This document shows positions 44,096-54,662 of a stretch of 64,000 nucleotides of DNA, one piece after another. Numbering within the stretch: the stretch's first letter is position 1; every line of letters starts with the position of its first letter. The stretch lies in assembly GCA_000004985.1 (NCBI GenBank), contig GG738869.1, one strand, 5' to 3'. A model generated the notes under the pieces. That model had not been told where the DNA came from and searched no databases. It saw only the letters and a list, made by a program, of their open reading frames with translations. The translations under genes were made by a program, and so were the position numbers. Source of the stretch: Naegleria gruberi. Lineage: Eukaryota.

Positions 44096-45769
44096 ATGCG
44101 TCAATTGGCATCAATGCCAACCTCTACTGAAGGCAGTAGAGCAGAGCAGAGTAATAACGGTTGTACTACTTGGCCCTCACCAGATAAAAAAAAGAAATTA
44201 TCCAATACAACAACAAAAAATCAACTCTCTGCCTCGAGATTATCGTCAGCAATGTTTAGAAAGTCGATTTTTGATAGTGATGAACAAAAACCTCAGGAAG
44301 GAGAATTTGTTACCGTTGATTCTCTTAGGAAAAAGCTCTCCCTTAATTTATTTAGTTCTGAAAAAAAGAAAAAGGAAGAACAAGAAGCAGGAGTATCAAT
44401 TCTTCGTCAAAGTTTTAATCTTATAGAATGTAATCAATCACCGAGTGCCACTTTTAAACCAAAAACTTATAATAATTGCAATGCACAAATTGCAACATCA
44501 AAATTTCCATCTTCAGAATCATCATACAATCCAATGGAAACGTCAAGACAGACGTATAGATCGAGTGAAAGTGGTGACAAAAAACTAAAGAGTACAAAAG
44601 AATCAATAGCAATGCCTCCTCTACAATTAGGAAAAACTTCGAGAGAAGAAACAGATACTTTTGTAAGAGGTTTTCAATATATTGAAAAACTCAATAAGAG
44701 AGCAAAATCAGCTGGACAACAAAGATCAAATCTATCTACAAGTAGAACATCAAACTCTGGCTTTTTGAGCTCTAGATCCTATAAAAGCACAATTCAATCA
44801 ACAAGGGAATCAAAAGATGGTGCTTCTCAAATGGCAACAGGAGAAAATGATTTTGTTTGGGAAAATTATGAAAATTTAAGGGGAACACCTGATTTACAAC
44901 ATCACACTGTAAAAACCTCAACTCTGGAACCACTTAGATTGCAGTATGACCCTAGTCAGATTAGAATGACACCTGTATCTATTGTAAATACTCATGGAGG
45001 AAGTAACTCAAAGAAAAATATGATCAAAGATCTCAAGATGATGGCCGAAGCGTGTAGCAGAGCTGGACGTCTGAAAATGGAAGGTTTAATTCATTACAAA
45101 ATAGCAAACAAATACGAGGAACTGCAAGAAGACATGTCTGCTGTGCCACATTATGAAAGATTTTTAGCAATTAGTGAAAATCTCAAAGATGAAATGGGTC
45201 AGTGTTTGGCACTTAATTGTCTTGGTGTGTTATACCAAAAGATGGGAGGAACTGAAAATCTTAATATTGGTCTCAAGTATCATATGATGCAATGGGATAT
45301 TTCGGATCCTCAGTCCCAAATTGTTAGTAACATTAACATGGGACTGATATTCCAACAATTGGGACACTTTGAAAACGCCTCTGACAATTTTAAAATGGCT
45401 TACCAACAATCTCAGAAAATTGGTGATAAACAAGGAGAAAGTATAGCTTTAGCTAATCTAGGTTTACTTGGTAAAGAGAATGGTGATTTATCAATTGCCC
45501 AAGCATGTATGGAAAGACATTTAACGCTTTCAGAAAATCTCAATAATCCAGTGAGTGAAGGAGAAGCCTATCAACATTTGGGTATTTTGGCCTCAAAAAA
45601 AGGAGATGGAGACGAAGCTGTTAAAATGTTACAAAAAGCTAGAAATATTGCAATCCAATACGATAAGAAGAAGGCAGATCAAATTGCTTGTAATATAGGA
45701 ATAATAGAGGGTAATAACATGTTTGAACAGTACATGAAACGATTGTATCCTGAAACTACAACTAATTAA
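44096..45769 (+). CDS. TPR-repeat protein (LGN/Pins/GPSM-type TPR array) with S/T/N-rich N-terminal half
   Basis: 557-aa ORF. The C-terminal 250 aa have TPR units with the LGN-like pattern (GESIALANLGLLGKENGDLSIAQACMERHLTLSENLNNPVSEGEAYQHLGIL). No GoLoco motif was seen. Confidence 0.45.
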   Translation: MRQLASMPTSTEGSRAEQSNNGCTTWPSPDKKKKLSNTTTKNQLSASRLSSAMFRKSIFDSDEQKPQEGEFVTVDSLRKKLSLNLFSSEKKKKEEQEAGVSILRQSFNLIECNQSPSATFKPKTYNNCNAQIATSKFPSSESSYNPMETSRQTYRSSESGDKKLKSTKESIAMPPLQLGKTSREETDTFVRGFQYIEKLNKRAKSAGQQRSNLSTSRTSNSGFLSSRSYKSTIQSTRESKDGASQMATGENDFVWENYENLRGTPDLQHHTVKTSTLEPLRLQYDPSQIRMTPVSIVNTHGGSNSKKNMIKDLKMMAEACSRAGRLKMEGLIHYKIANKYEELQEDMSAVPHYERFLAISENLKDEMGQCLALNCLGVLYQKMGGTENLNIGLKYHMMQWDISDPQSQIVSNINMGLIFQQLGHFENASDNFKMAYQQSQKIGDKQGESIALANLGLLGKENGDLSIAQACMERHLTLSENLNNPVSEGEAYQHLGILASKKGDGDEAVKMLQKARNIAIQYDKKKADQIACNIGIIEGNNMFEQYMKRLYPETTTN

Positions 45770-45818
45770 AAATTCACAGCTTTATCGATATTTCTTTAAC
45801 AAAAACAACTAATTAAAA

Positions 45819-48119
45819 ATGCTTTCACTTCACATTGAAACAAATCGACCAAGAGGACGAGCCAATTCTATCGATCGGAAAAGTCTTGTTGGCTCTGTTC
45901 AAACAACATCAATGATGAAACCATCATCACCAACAAATGATAATACAGCAAATACTCCAACAGCAACTTTTCATCATATTTCCTCTTCAAATAGAAAACA
46001 AGTACCACGTTTTAGATTTTTACAGGGTTTTCCTGTAACAGCATTGATAGTGGTCAACGGAATTAGAGGACAACAAATTAGTTTCATGTATCCAACAGAG
46101 GAACATTCTATATTTCAACAGCAATCCGATGAAGTTTTTACCAATATTCCTGTAGTACCAAATAATGTAAATAATAATCCAAGCAATACCATCACTGTAA
46201 ACACAAATAATAATCAATCGGAACAAATTAATCCACAAGCAACTCCATCAACAGTTTCTTTAAGTACGAGTATTGGAAATAATGTAACACAACCAATTCC
46301 GACAAATATAACTACAACCCAATCTTCCCAACAACATTTAGTATCACATCCACAGGTTATTGATAGATATGAAAATGCATTCGGATTAAATAGTGCAGCT
46401 CTATCATATCTGTTATGTCCTCCAAAAAGTAGTATTATCAACAAATCCATGTCAATGACCATTGACAAACTACTTTTCCTTTCCAGACCTTCTTCTATTC
46501 AGGTTAGAAAAATTCAACTTTCTAGTTTCAATATTTCTTCTCCATCCGTTATGGAATCTGCAGGTGGAGATTATACCCACTTTACAATAGCATTTGTCTT
46601 TCCAAATCATGTACTTGAGGAATATAACGAGAAACTCTTTTCTCATCTCTTAATGTTATTGATGAAATCATATGTAAGAGAACAACAAAGATGTGGATAT
46701 GTTTTGGATCAATTAAATCTATTAGGAAAATTGAAGGACCAAGCTAAGAATTGGAGAGATTTAGTTCTAAAAGCTTGTGATTCTAGTTTATTGGCAAAGG
46801 AACTAATTACTATAGTAGACTCTATTAGATCTGCAAATCCTTTACAATTGAGAATTAACAGTTGGATAGAATTTGGATTTAAAACACCAAAAAGGCTTCA
46901 TCATGCATATGAGAGAAAATTAGCTCACTTACATGATTACTTATCGAAAAATAAGTCACCAGTTCACAATGAATGCAATAGAGAGAAAGTAAGAGCTTAT
47001 AATTCATGTATCTTTGTAAACGATCTTCCTAAGCTCAAAGTACCTTTTGATGGTCTGCAAGAGCTTCAAGGAAATGACTCAATACTTCGTCTTTTCAACA
47101 CTGCCACTAAAACAATTGGAGAAATTGCAAAAGAAAATAACCTTAATTTGAGTTTTGTATTGGCATTAGTTCAACACTTAGTTGATTGGGGTCTTGTGAG
47201 GATTATACCAAAAATTAGCTATAGTACTGTACTGACATTGAATGAACATCCAGATAACTCAGAAGATGGCTTTTCAAAATGCTCAAAACACGACTGGTTT
47301 CCTCCACCAGATCACGTTATTCATGAATTCTCAAAAAGATTTCCACATTTTCCCAATCTAATTGAAGTTTTGGAAATATTTTCAACAACAAAGACATGTA
47401 GATCTCACATTGAAAATATTGCCAAAATTCAATCATATTTATCTGGAAAACCAAGCCCCTATCTTGAAAATTCTCCAACTACATATTTTCCTTCAGAACT
47501 CAAAACTTCAAAGAAAAAGACACCAACCTCATCATCGAGCAGTGCGGTTGCAAATTCTGAGCAATATATGATGAGCATTGTTTGGCTTTTGAGAAAAGGC
47601 TATATTCGAGTTTGTAACACATATTATCAATTAATTATTCCACAACATCAAAAAGGTGCATTCATGAGAATTCCAGGTGGAGGAAGAGATATGCTTTCAA
47701 ACTCTCCATCGACACCACCACACAATATTGGGTTATCACCATCCAATCATCAAAATGCAACCAACATTATTCGTGATGATTACGACGATGTTTCCAGTGT
47801 TAGCAGTACAGACAGTAGTCCCCAGTCTACCCCATTTAAAAAGTATTTCAATGTCAAGATACCTCTCAGTGCTGGAAATGAGTTATGTGAAGAGGACGAT
47901 AGTCAACCAACCTTTAAATCTCTATCAGCATTTGATTTGGATTACGTTAAAAGTTTATCTGACGACTCTCATACTTTGGATTTATTCAAAAAGCTTCATA
48001 TCTATTTTAATGGAGAATATTCAGAGAGAGAAATAATTCATCAAAACAATATCTCTAGAGAAGATTTGAAAAAGCTTGTAAAAACATTCAACGAGATCAT
48101 CCTTACCTATACAATTTAA
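45819..48119 (+). CDS. nprl3: GATOR1 complex subunit NPRL3-like (nitrogen permease regulator-like 3)
   Basis: 766-aa ORF. It has an N-terminal N/T-rich extension. NPRL3-like blocks: YVREQQRCGYVLDQLNLLGKLKDQ (versus [22 protein letters not shown]) and QLRINSWIEFGFKTPKRLHH (versus [20 protein letters not shown]). Confidence 0.55.
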   Translation: MLSLHIETNRPRGRANSIDRKSLVGSVQTTSMMKPSSPTNDNTANTPTATFHHISSSNRKQVPRFRFLQGFPVTALIVVNGIRGQQISFMYPTEEHSIFQQQSDEVFTNIPVVPNNVNNNPSNTITVNTNNNQSEQINPQATPSTVSLSTSIGNNVTQPIPTNITTTQSSQQHLVSHPQVIDRYENAFGLNSAALSYLLCPPKSSIINKSMSMTIDKLLFLSRPSSIQVRKIQLSSFNISSPSVMESAGGDYTHFTIAFVFPNHVLEEYNEKLFSHLLMLLMKSYVREQQRCGYVLDQLNLLGKLKDQAKNWRDLVLKACDSSLLAKELITIVDSIRSANPLQLRINSWIEFGFKTPKRLHHAYERKLAHLHDYLSKNKSPVHNECNREKVRAYNSCIFVNDLPKLKVPFDGLQELQGNDSILRLFNTATKTIGEIAKENNLNLSFVLALVQHLVDWGLVRIIPKISYSTVLTLNEHPDNSEDGFSKCSKHDWFPPPDHVIHEFSKRFPHFPNLIEVLEIFSTTKTCRSHIENIAKIQSYLSGKPSPYLENSPTTYFPSELKTSKKKTPTSSSSSAVANSEQYMMSIVWLLRKGYIRVCNTYYQLIIPQHQKGAFMRIPGGGRDMLSNSPSTPPHNIGLSPSNHQNATNIIRDDYDDVSSVSSTDSSPQSTPFKKYFNVKIPLSAGNELCEEDDSQPTFKSLSAFDLDYVKSLSDDSHTLDLFKKLHIYFNGEYSEREIIHQNNISREDLKKLVKTFNEIILTYTI

Positions 48120-48306
48120 ATGAATTAATAACAAATATTATTTATTCAATCAGTTTATAATTTCAACAAGAGCTTGGCATAAGAACACGCGTTGTTCTAC
48201 CACGCGTAAAATACGCAATTTCTTTTTGAATCCATTTTGCATTGAATTTTTTATTAATAAACCATCAGCGTCGGAGCATAATTCTCTCAAAATCAACATT
48301 AAAAAA

Positions 48307-49362
48307 ATGAAAATAGACGCCACTGATAGAATCCCACTCATTGAAGATGAATTACCTAGCAGTGATGAAGTTGTACAAAAATCATCAGATCGTAACAGTA
48401 GAAGGGAGGTTACCTTGTCAGAGTCAGGTTAGTTTAAATTTAAATAATTTTATTTACGTCTTGTAGTTGGTAGTATTGTATCAACAATATTTGAAGTTGA
48501 AAGCCTTCCTGGAATTATTTTGAGAGGTTGCGATACTAATACAGATTGGACCATGGATGAATTGGATCAACTAACTAAACAATTTCAAATATTATATGGT
48601 AATGGAACAAAAAGAACAAAGAAAATAATAGAACAAATCAAGAAAATTGATAAAGAATTAGAACTAAAAGGCTCCAATACACCATCAAATACATCAAGAA
48701 AAAGAAAGCATTATGATGACGATGATGAAGATGATAGCAGCGATGAACAAACAGAAAATACAAATGTACAATCAGCAAGAAGATGCTTTTGCCCTTCGTT
48801 ATCCAAGAAAAAGAATCCATCTGCAACAGTTGCATGGGAAAAGTATACAAAAAGAAGCAATAGAGGGAATGTAAATTCTGTATCCCTTCGATATAATAGC
48901 AATTTAGCAGCAACAATGGCCAATGGTCATCGCCAAGCAACACTAGTGTTAGAAGCAAGTCTCCAAAAGACAACACCCCTTATGGGATCATCAAAGAAGG
49001 AAAGAATGGATGAAATGCAACTTTCTACATTGCTAGTAGCAGCAGCAACAGTGGATCGTCAAAAATTATCAACTGGTAATGTGGAAAATTCTAATAGTAT
49101 AACGGAACAACAAGCCTCAACAAATGTTACTACTACAACTACTACTCAACAAGCATCATTAGTTGTTTCTAGTACCTCTGAACAAGTTCAAGAACAAACT
49201 GCAAATCCACCTCCACAAGTAGATCAAATCCCTTCCATCCAAACAACATCATCCTCAACATATCCTCCTATGTATAATAATCAAGTTCCAGTTGATGAGA
49301 CGTCATCTTCTAATTTCATTTTACCACCTTTAAGTCAGTCACATAATTATCCATACACTTGA
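48307..49362 (+). CDS. Hypothetical nuclear protein with possible SANT/Myb-like helix (2 exons)
   Basis: Exons 48307-48427 and 48467-49362, with a 39-nt GTTAGT...TAG intron. It has a DWTMDELDQLTKQFQILYG element, an acidic DDDDEDD tract and a T/Q/S-rich C-terminus. Function unknown. Confidence 0.35.
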
Positions 49363-49408
49363 TAAAACAATTAATTAATCTAAAATACTTGAGAATGGTA
49401 TTTATTAT

Positions 49409-50543
49409 TTACATTGAAGAATCTTCCGAAACACCATTTTCATCATCATTTAACTCTATGTAGTTAGGATCATATCTTTTTCTCAAAGCTTTAAGAAACC
49501 AGTGATGCTTTATACCAGGAGGTTTACTCTTAGCAAAAATATTAAGAGCTTCATCAATTGGAATAGCTCGTTCACTTATTAAATAAGAACAACAAATAAA
49601 TCCTGTTCTATTAAAGCCATACGAGCAGTGAACTCCAATGTAGTGTGAAGGAAACTTTTCAAAGAAATCATTTATGACATGATTGAAATCCACTTGTTGC
49701 TCCTCTCCTGGTATTTCTTTTGCTACAAGTCTAACCTTAATATAGGTTAGTGGAATAGTTTCTGTATTGTCTATAACATTCCTAATCTCATCAGATGTGA
49801 AATTATCATAAATGCATGATTTCCTCAAAATAGGAGAGGTAATAACATATTTCAATAATGTATCCTTTTCCTCTTCATCTTTAAAATACAATTTTCCAAT
49901 CTCTTTCAAAAATTGTTCAGGATTTTTGGGTGAGCATACGGAATCCACATCATAAATGCAATCATGATTCGATAAATCTACAATTCCAGCTACGCAATAT
50001 CCACTAAAATTATAAAATTAAATATTTCATCACCAATAATAATTAAACTAACCTTTTTAAATTTCCAAAAAGAAAATCCTCGGTAGTGAAAGGTCTCCAC
50101 TTTTTAGTTGATTCTAAAAACTTAGTTTTAATTGGTGTTTTTAAAGGAATAATGTGGGTTGGCTCGAGAGGTGTTCCAAAATTATCCAGACCAGACCATT
50201 TCGAAATTTTCTGTAAAACATTATGTCTTACATTGGCTGTTGTTGGCGATGGAGTTGTTTCTTCAACGCTTGGTGTTGGATTTTCATTAGATGATGATGA
50301 TGCCGAGGTAACAGTTGTATCTACGGAAAGGTTCTTTTTGTACAAAGGGGAAGGAGGTGTTGTAGGTGATGATCCATTGGTATCTTGAATTGCAATGTTA
50401 CTTGTTTGAATTGTTAAACAATGAACACTTGAATTAGAACTATTGCGGAGATTTTTTGATGAGTTGTTGCTTGTTTCTTCTGATGCATTTCTCTCACAAC
50501 AGGGTTCTGAGTTTGCTGATGATGTACATTTGGGTGATTGCAT
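49409..50543 (-). CDS. Cysteine-phosphatase-type RNA 5'-triphosphatase (capping-enzyme TPase/DUSP11-like), stand-alone, 2 exons
   Basis: Exons 50543-50053 and 50003-49409, with a 49-nt intron. It has an S/T/N-rich N-terminus. The domain is collinear with the metazoan capping-enzyme TPase: IIPLKTPIKTKF, GIVDLSNHDCIYD, P-loop VHCSYGFNRTGFICCSYLI (HCxxGxNRTG) and KPPGIKHHWFLKALRKRY. No guanylyltransferase domain follows. Confidence 0.65.
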
Positions 50544-50639
50544 TTTTTTTCAAGATTCTTATCTATTGGAAGAGATTTTTCTCATAAAAGAAAAAGTAAT
50601 TCAATAATTTAAATTTGATATTTTTAAATGGAATTTAAT

Positions 50640-51116
50640 TTACTTGGAGGTAGCAGTTGGAGCCTTAACATTCTTGTTTCTCATTTGCGACTTCATCATT
50701 TGCTTTTGAGCCTTTTGTTGTTCCTTTCTACCGGATTGTTCCTTGATATTCTTATTCTTTTGAGCATCATTGGTGGAGGTTCTGATCTTTTCTCTTTGTT
50801 GAGCAGTTTGGTTCTTTTGAGCCTTGATGAATTCAAGGGAAGCACCAGCAATACCTCTTTCAACTCTGGCGGTTCTTCTCTTCTTGTTCTTCTTCAATTG
50901 TTCAACTGAACCCTTCTTGTGTTGTCTTCTGTAAAGTTGAGTCCATCTGACAACTCTTGGATTTCTTCTAGCCAAGAAAAGCTTGATGGCCTTTCTGGAG
51001 ACGAAAGTGAAGACTGGTCTAGTGGATTGGACGTTAGTGCAAGGAACATATCTAACACCGTGACCTGGGTAGATCTTGTAACCGGAGAAGAGACAAATTT
51101 CAGTCTTGATTACCAT
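50640..51116 (-). CDS. rpl24: 60S ribosomal protein L24e
   Basis: The true start is MVIKTEICLFSGYKIYPGHG at 51116 (the track ORF begins upstream at 51272). It has the conserved RRNPRVVRWTQLYRRQHKKG and a K/Q-rich tail. It is a single exon. Confidence 0.85.
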   Translation of the reverse strand: MVIKTEICLFSGYKIYPGHGVRYVPCTNVQSTRPVFTFVSRKAIKLFLARRNPRVVRWTQLYRRQHKKGSVEQLKKNKKRRTARVERGIAGASLEFIKAQKNQTAQQREKIRTSTNDAQKNKNIKEQSGRKEQQKAQKQMMKSQMRNKNVKAPTATSK

Positions 51117-51510
51117 TGTTCTGTTTAAATTTTTAAAGTTGTTGTTCGACCTTGTGATAGGCGTGAGAGAACTTACTTTTTTCGACTTTTTTTTCAACAA
51201 ATTTTTAAAAATTTTGGTTGACGACCAAGAGACTTTTTTACAATGAAATATTTTTGGCAAACAGAACACCATACAAACTTCTATTTTGCTTGGACAAGTT
51301 TTAGCAAAAGTGATGTAAAGGCTAGTAATTCTTCTTATTGCTAGCTAACATATTTATTGTATTCTTGTGATCATATAACTATAAACAACAACAATAAACT
51401 CTTTCAGTTGGAGACAACTTGACTTGGAGGTTCTCTTTACACCAACTCCCTTCAACCACCAACTCATCAAAGCTAATTTTAAAATTATTAAATACTTTAA
51501 ATATTAAAAA

Positions 51511-53457
51511 ATGAGTTATAACAATAATGACGATTTTCTTGCTGGTTCAATCGAGGAAGATGAGAACTCTACCGCCCAAGAAAAGATTGGTCCTTTCATA
51601 TTAAAGAAAACTTTAGGAGAAGGATCAACAGGTAAAGTTAAACTTGCTATCCATAAAGATTCGGGCGAAAAAGTTGCAATTAAAATCATCAACAAGAAAA
51701 TTCTTACTCACAAACCTCATCTGAAGAAGAAGGTTGAAAGAGAAATAGCTGTTATGAAAATGATCCGTCATAAACACATCATTAGATTGTACGATGTACT
51801 TCAAACAAAAATGTATTTATTCTTGATTATGGAATATGTAGAAGGAGGAGAACTTTTTGATTATATTGTTGAGAGAGGAAGATTGACTATTGAAGAAGCT
51901 TTCCATTTCTTCCAACAAATTATTCTTGGAGTTGAATACTGCCATAAACAATTAATATGTCACAGAGATTTAAAACCAGAAAATTTATTGTTAGATACTT
52001 ATAAGAATATCAAGATTGCTGATTGTAAGTAATGACATCTTCAATTCAAGCCTAAATAGTATATTGTAGTTGGTATGGCTTCACTTATGGAAGAAGGAAA
52101 ACTTTTGGAAACTTCATGTGGATCACCGCATTAGTAAGTATTCTAAATTAGGAACGAATGGATAACTGAATATTGTAGTGCTTCTCCGGAAATTGTAAGA
52201 GGATTGAAATATAATGGTATGGAAGCTGATATTTGGAGTATGGGTGTTATTCTTTATGCCTTGTTAACAGGTAGACTTCCATTTGATGATGAGAATTTGC
52301 ATGTATTACTTGCCAAAGTTAAGGAAGGAAAGTATGAAATTCCACAATTTTTGGATGAAGAAGTTAGAGATCTTATTTCTAGAATGCTTACATTAAATCC
52401 AAAAGCAAGAATTGTTTTGAAAGATATCAAAAATCATCCTTGGTGGAAAAAGATGGAAAAAAAGATGATGTTATTAGATCAAATTCGTCATACTTCTTCC
52501 AGTGAAGAAATTTCTCAACAAGATGCAATTCAAGAAAAAATCTTACAACACAAACAACCAACTGAACCTGCAGAGGTTAATGATCCAAACTCTGTCGATG
52601 TAAATCTTAACATTAATCAAGAACAAGAAAATATCAATCAAACACCATCAGAAGAAGTACCAAAGAAGGATGAAGAGAATACTGTTCAATGGGACGAAAG
52701 TAACATTGATCCAGAAGTATTCCAATCTACTTTGGAAAAAACTGGTTTAAGTGAGCAAGCATTGAAAGAAGCTCTCATGTCACCAGAGTAAGTATTTTTA
52801 AAACAATCATTTCAAATAATTAATTTCTAATTGTTTAGAAAAAATCTGGAAACTGTATTGTACAATCTTATCTTGCAATATAAGCGTGAACCTGAAAAGT
52901 CTCAAACAAACTTTTCTTTTGGATCTTCAAAATATAGTGTTGGTCCTTGTAATCCATTGACAGTTCCTGTTGATAAGGCTGGTGAATTGAGGAGAAGATT
53001 GCAAGAAGCCAATGGTGAAGAAGTAGAGCAAGAAACTGTAAATGAACAAGGAGCAGAAAAGGAACAAAGTGGTATTAAATGGTTTGCCTTTTGGAGAAAG
53101 AAGAAGACTAATCAAAAGGATGATCCAAAGAAGAAGCAAACACCTTCTCAATATGGTCTCCACAGCAGAAAATCACAAAGTGAAATTTTATCAGAAGTGA
53201 TTCGTGTATTTAAAGTTTTACAAATTCAATTCGAGAAGGCATCAGAGTCTACAGTTAGATTTAGTTGTATATTCCCTGTTGCAAAATTAGATCAAACCAG
53301 TGGCGACAGCTTTGTTACTGAAAAACAAGTTGTAATGGATATGACTATGAGTGCATTGGAAAATGATGGCTTTGTGCTAAACTTTACATTGGTTTCAGGT
53401 AGAACTTCAGATGCTCGTATTCTGTTCGATGCCTTACAGGATGAAGCAGAACTTTAA
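51511..53457 (+). CDS. AMPK-related Ser/Thr protein kinase (MARK/BRSK-like) with C-terminal KA1-like domain, 4 exons
   Basis: Exons 51511-52024, 52070-52133, 52179-52787 and 52839-53457. Introns are 45, 45 and 51 nt. Kinase motifs are GEGSTGKVKLA, VAIK, HRDLKPENLLLD, D|FG split by intron 1, SCGSPHY|ASPE split by intron 2 and DIWSMGVILY. The C-terminus ...ARILFDALQDEAEL is KA1-like. Confidence 0.8.
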
Positions 53458-53527
53458 TTTATTTGGTCTACGACAACTTCTTCAAATGAAATGTAAAATA
53501 CAATACTTCTTTTTCTTGTACAAAAAA

Positions 53528-54616
53528 ATGCTTTCACACTCTTTACGCAATCATCTTCAGATTAGAACACTCGGATTAAATAGAATATTAATTAATAGGA
53601 TATTTGATATCAACAAGTCATTCTGTTCGTTTTCAACATGTACAAATGAGAGAATTGTAAATATCACAGTACAAAAATTAGAAACAAATAGATTAATTTC
53701 AGAATATGGTTCAACATTAAAATTCCTTTTGAGATTTGACTCAGCTATTGCTATTCCACCAATAATGAATATTATTTCAAAAAATCCCGATTTTGAATTA
53801 TTTAATTTTTTGATATGTACTTGTTTGGAGAATGGCAATTTGTCATATGCAAAATTATTATTTAAAGAAATGAAAAACCATTTAACAAATTTTGACAATA
53901 TTCAAGATGGTTCTAAATCTCAAATTTATGAAATAATAATTCAATTATTGAAAAAGTCGTTAAAATCAGGAGATTTTTTGATATCTGAAGCAGAAGAGTA
54001 TTTTTCCTATTTGGAAAAGATTGGTTGTGTTACCAATTTAGCAATAATAACAATGTTGGAAATGTATAGGCAATCATTTGAAATTTCAAAAGCGTTTTTA
54101 CTTGCTGATAAATACAAATACTTGATAATGGGAGATGATTCTGGAGTTTTAATAGCTCGATTAATATTAATATCATCCAAAATTTCTGATTTAGATAAAA
54201 GGACACAACACGGAACAAAATATATTACATGGCTAAAAACAGATGCCACATTGGAAAGTAGGTCTATGTGCTTTGAGAATTTGATAGCATGTTTCCTACA
54301 TAACCCAAAAAAAAGTTTAGAAATATTACAATTTATGGAGAAGAGTAATATGAATATCAGTAACAAAATTAAGGAGTACTTCTATCTTCAATTAGAAATT
54401 AAGAAAATGAGTTTTACAGAAAAGAGCAGAGATGTAACACATGCTAATTTAATTGAATATTTAAATGAAGATACATTTTGGGATGCCATGCACAAGTCTT
54501 CTACTCATATTCCTAATAATGATGAGAATTATGAGAATGAACACATTTCATTTGAGGACTTTACCGATCAGTTTTCTTCCAATTTCATTTTATCACATTA
54601 TTCGAAAAGTAAATAA
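53528..54616 (+). CDS. Hypothetical protein with predicted mitochondrial presequence (helical repeat, PPR-like?)
   Basis: Probable start MLSHSLRNHLQIRTLGLNRILINRIF (amphipathic and basic, aaaATG context), 71 bp after the kinase stop. The body is alpha-helical (LSYAKLLFKEMKNH). No firm family assignment. Confidence 0.3.
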   Translation: MLSHSLRNHLQIRTLGLNRILINRIFDINKSFCSFSTCTNERIVNITVQKLETNRLISEYGSTLKFLLRFDSAIAIPPIMNIISKNPDFELFNFLICTCLENGNLSYAKLLFKEMKNHLTNFDNIQDGSKSQIYEIIIQLLKKSLKSGDFLISEAEEYFSYLEKIGCVTNLAIITMLEMYRQSFEISKAFLLADKYKYLIMGDDSGVLIARLILISSKISDLDKRTQHGTKYITWLKTDATLESRSMCFENLIACFLHNPKKSLEILQFMEKSNMNISNKIKEYFYLQLEIKKMSFTEKSRDVTHANLIEYLNEDTFWDAMHKSSTHIPNNDENYENEHISFEDFTDQFSSNFILSHYSKSK

Positions 54617-54662
54617 TTATATTTATACAATACATTTTGCAATACATTTGCAATTGTTTTAT

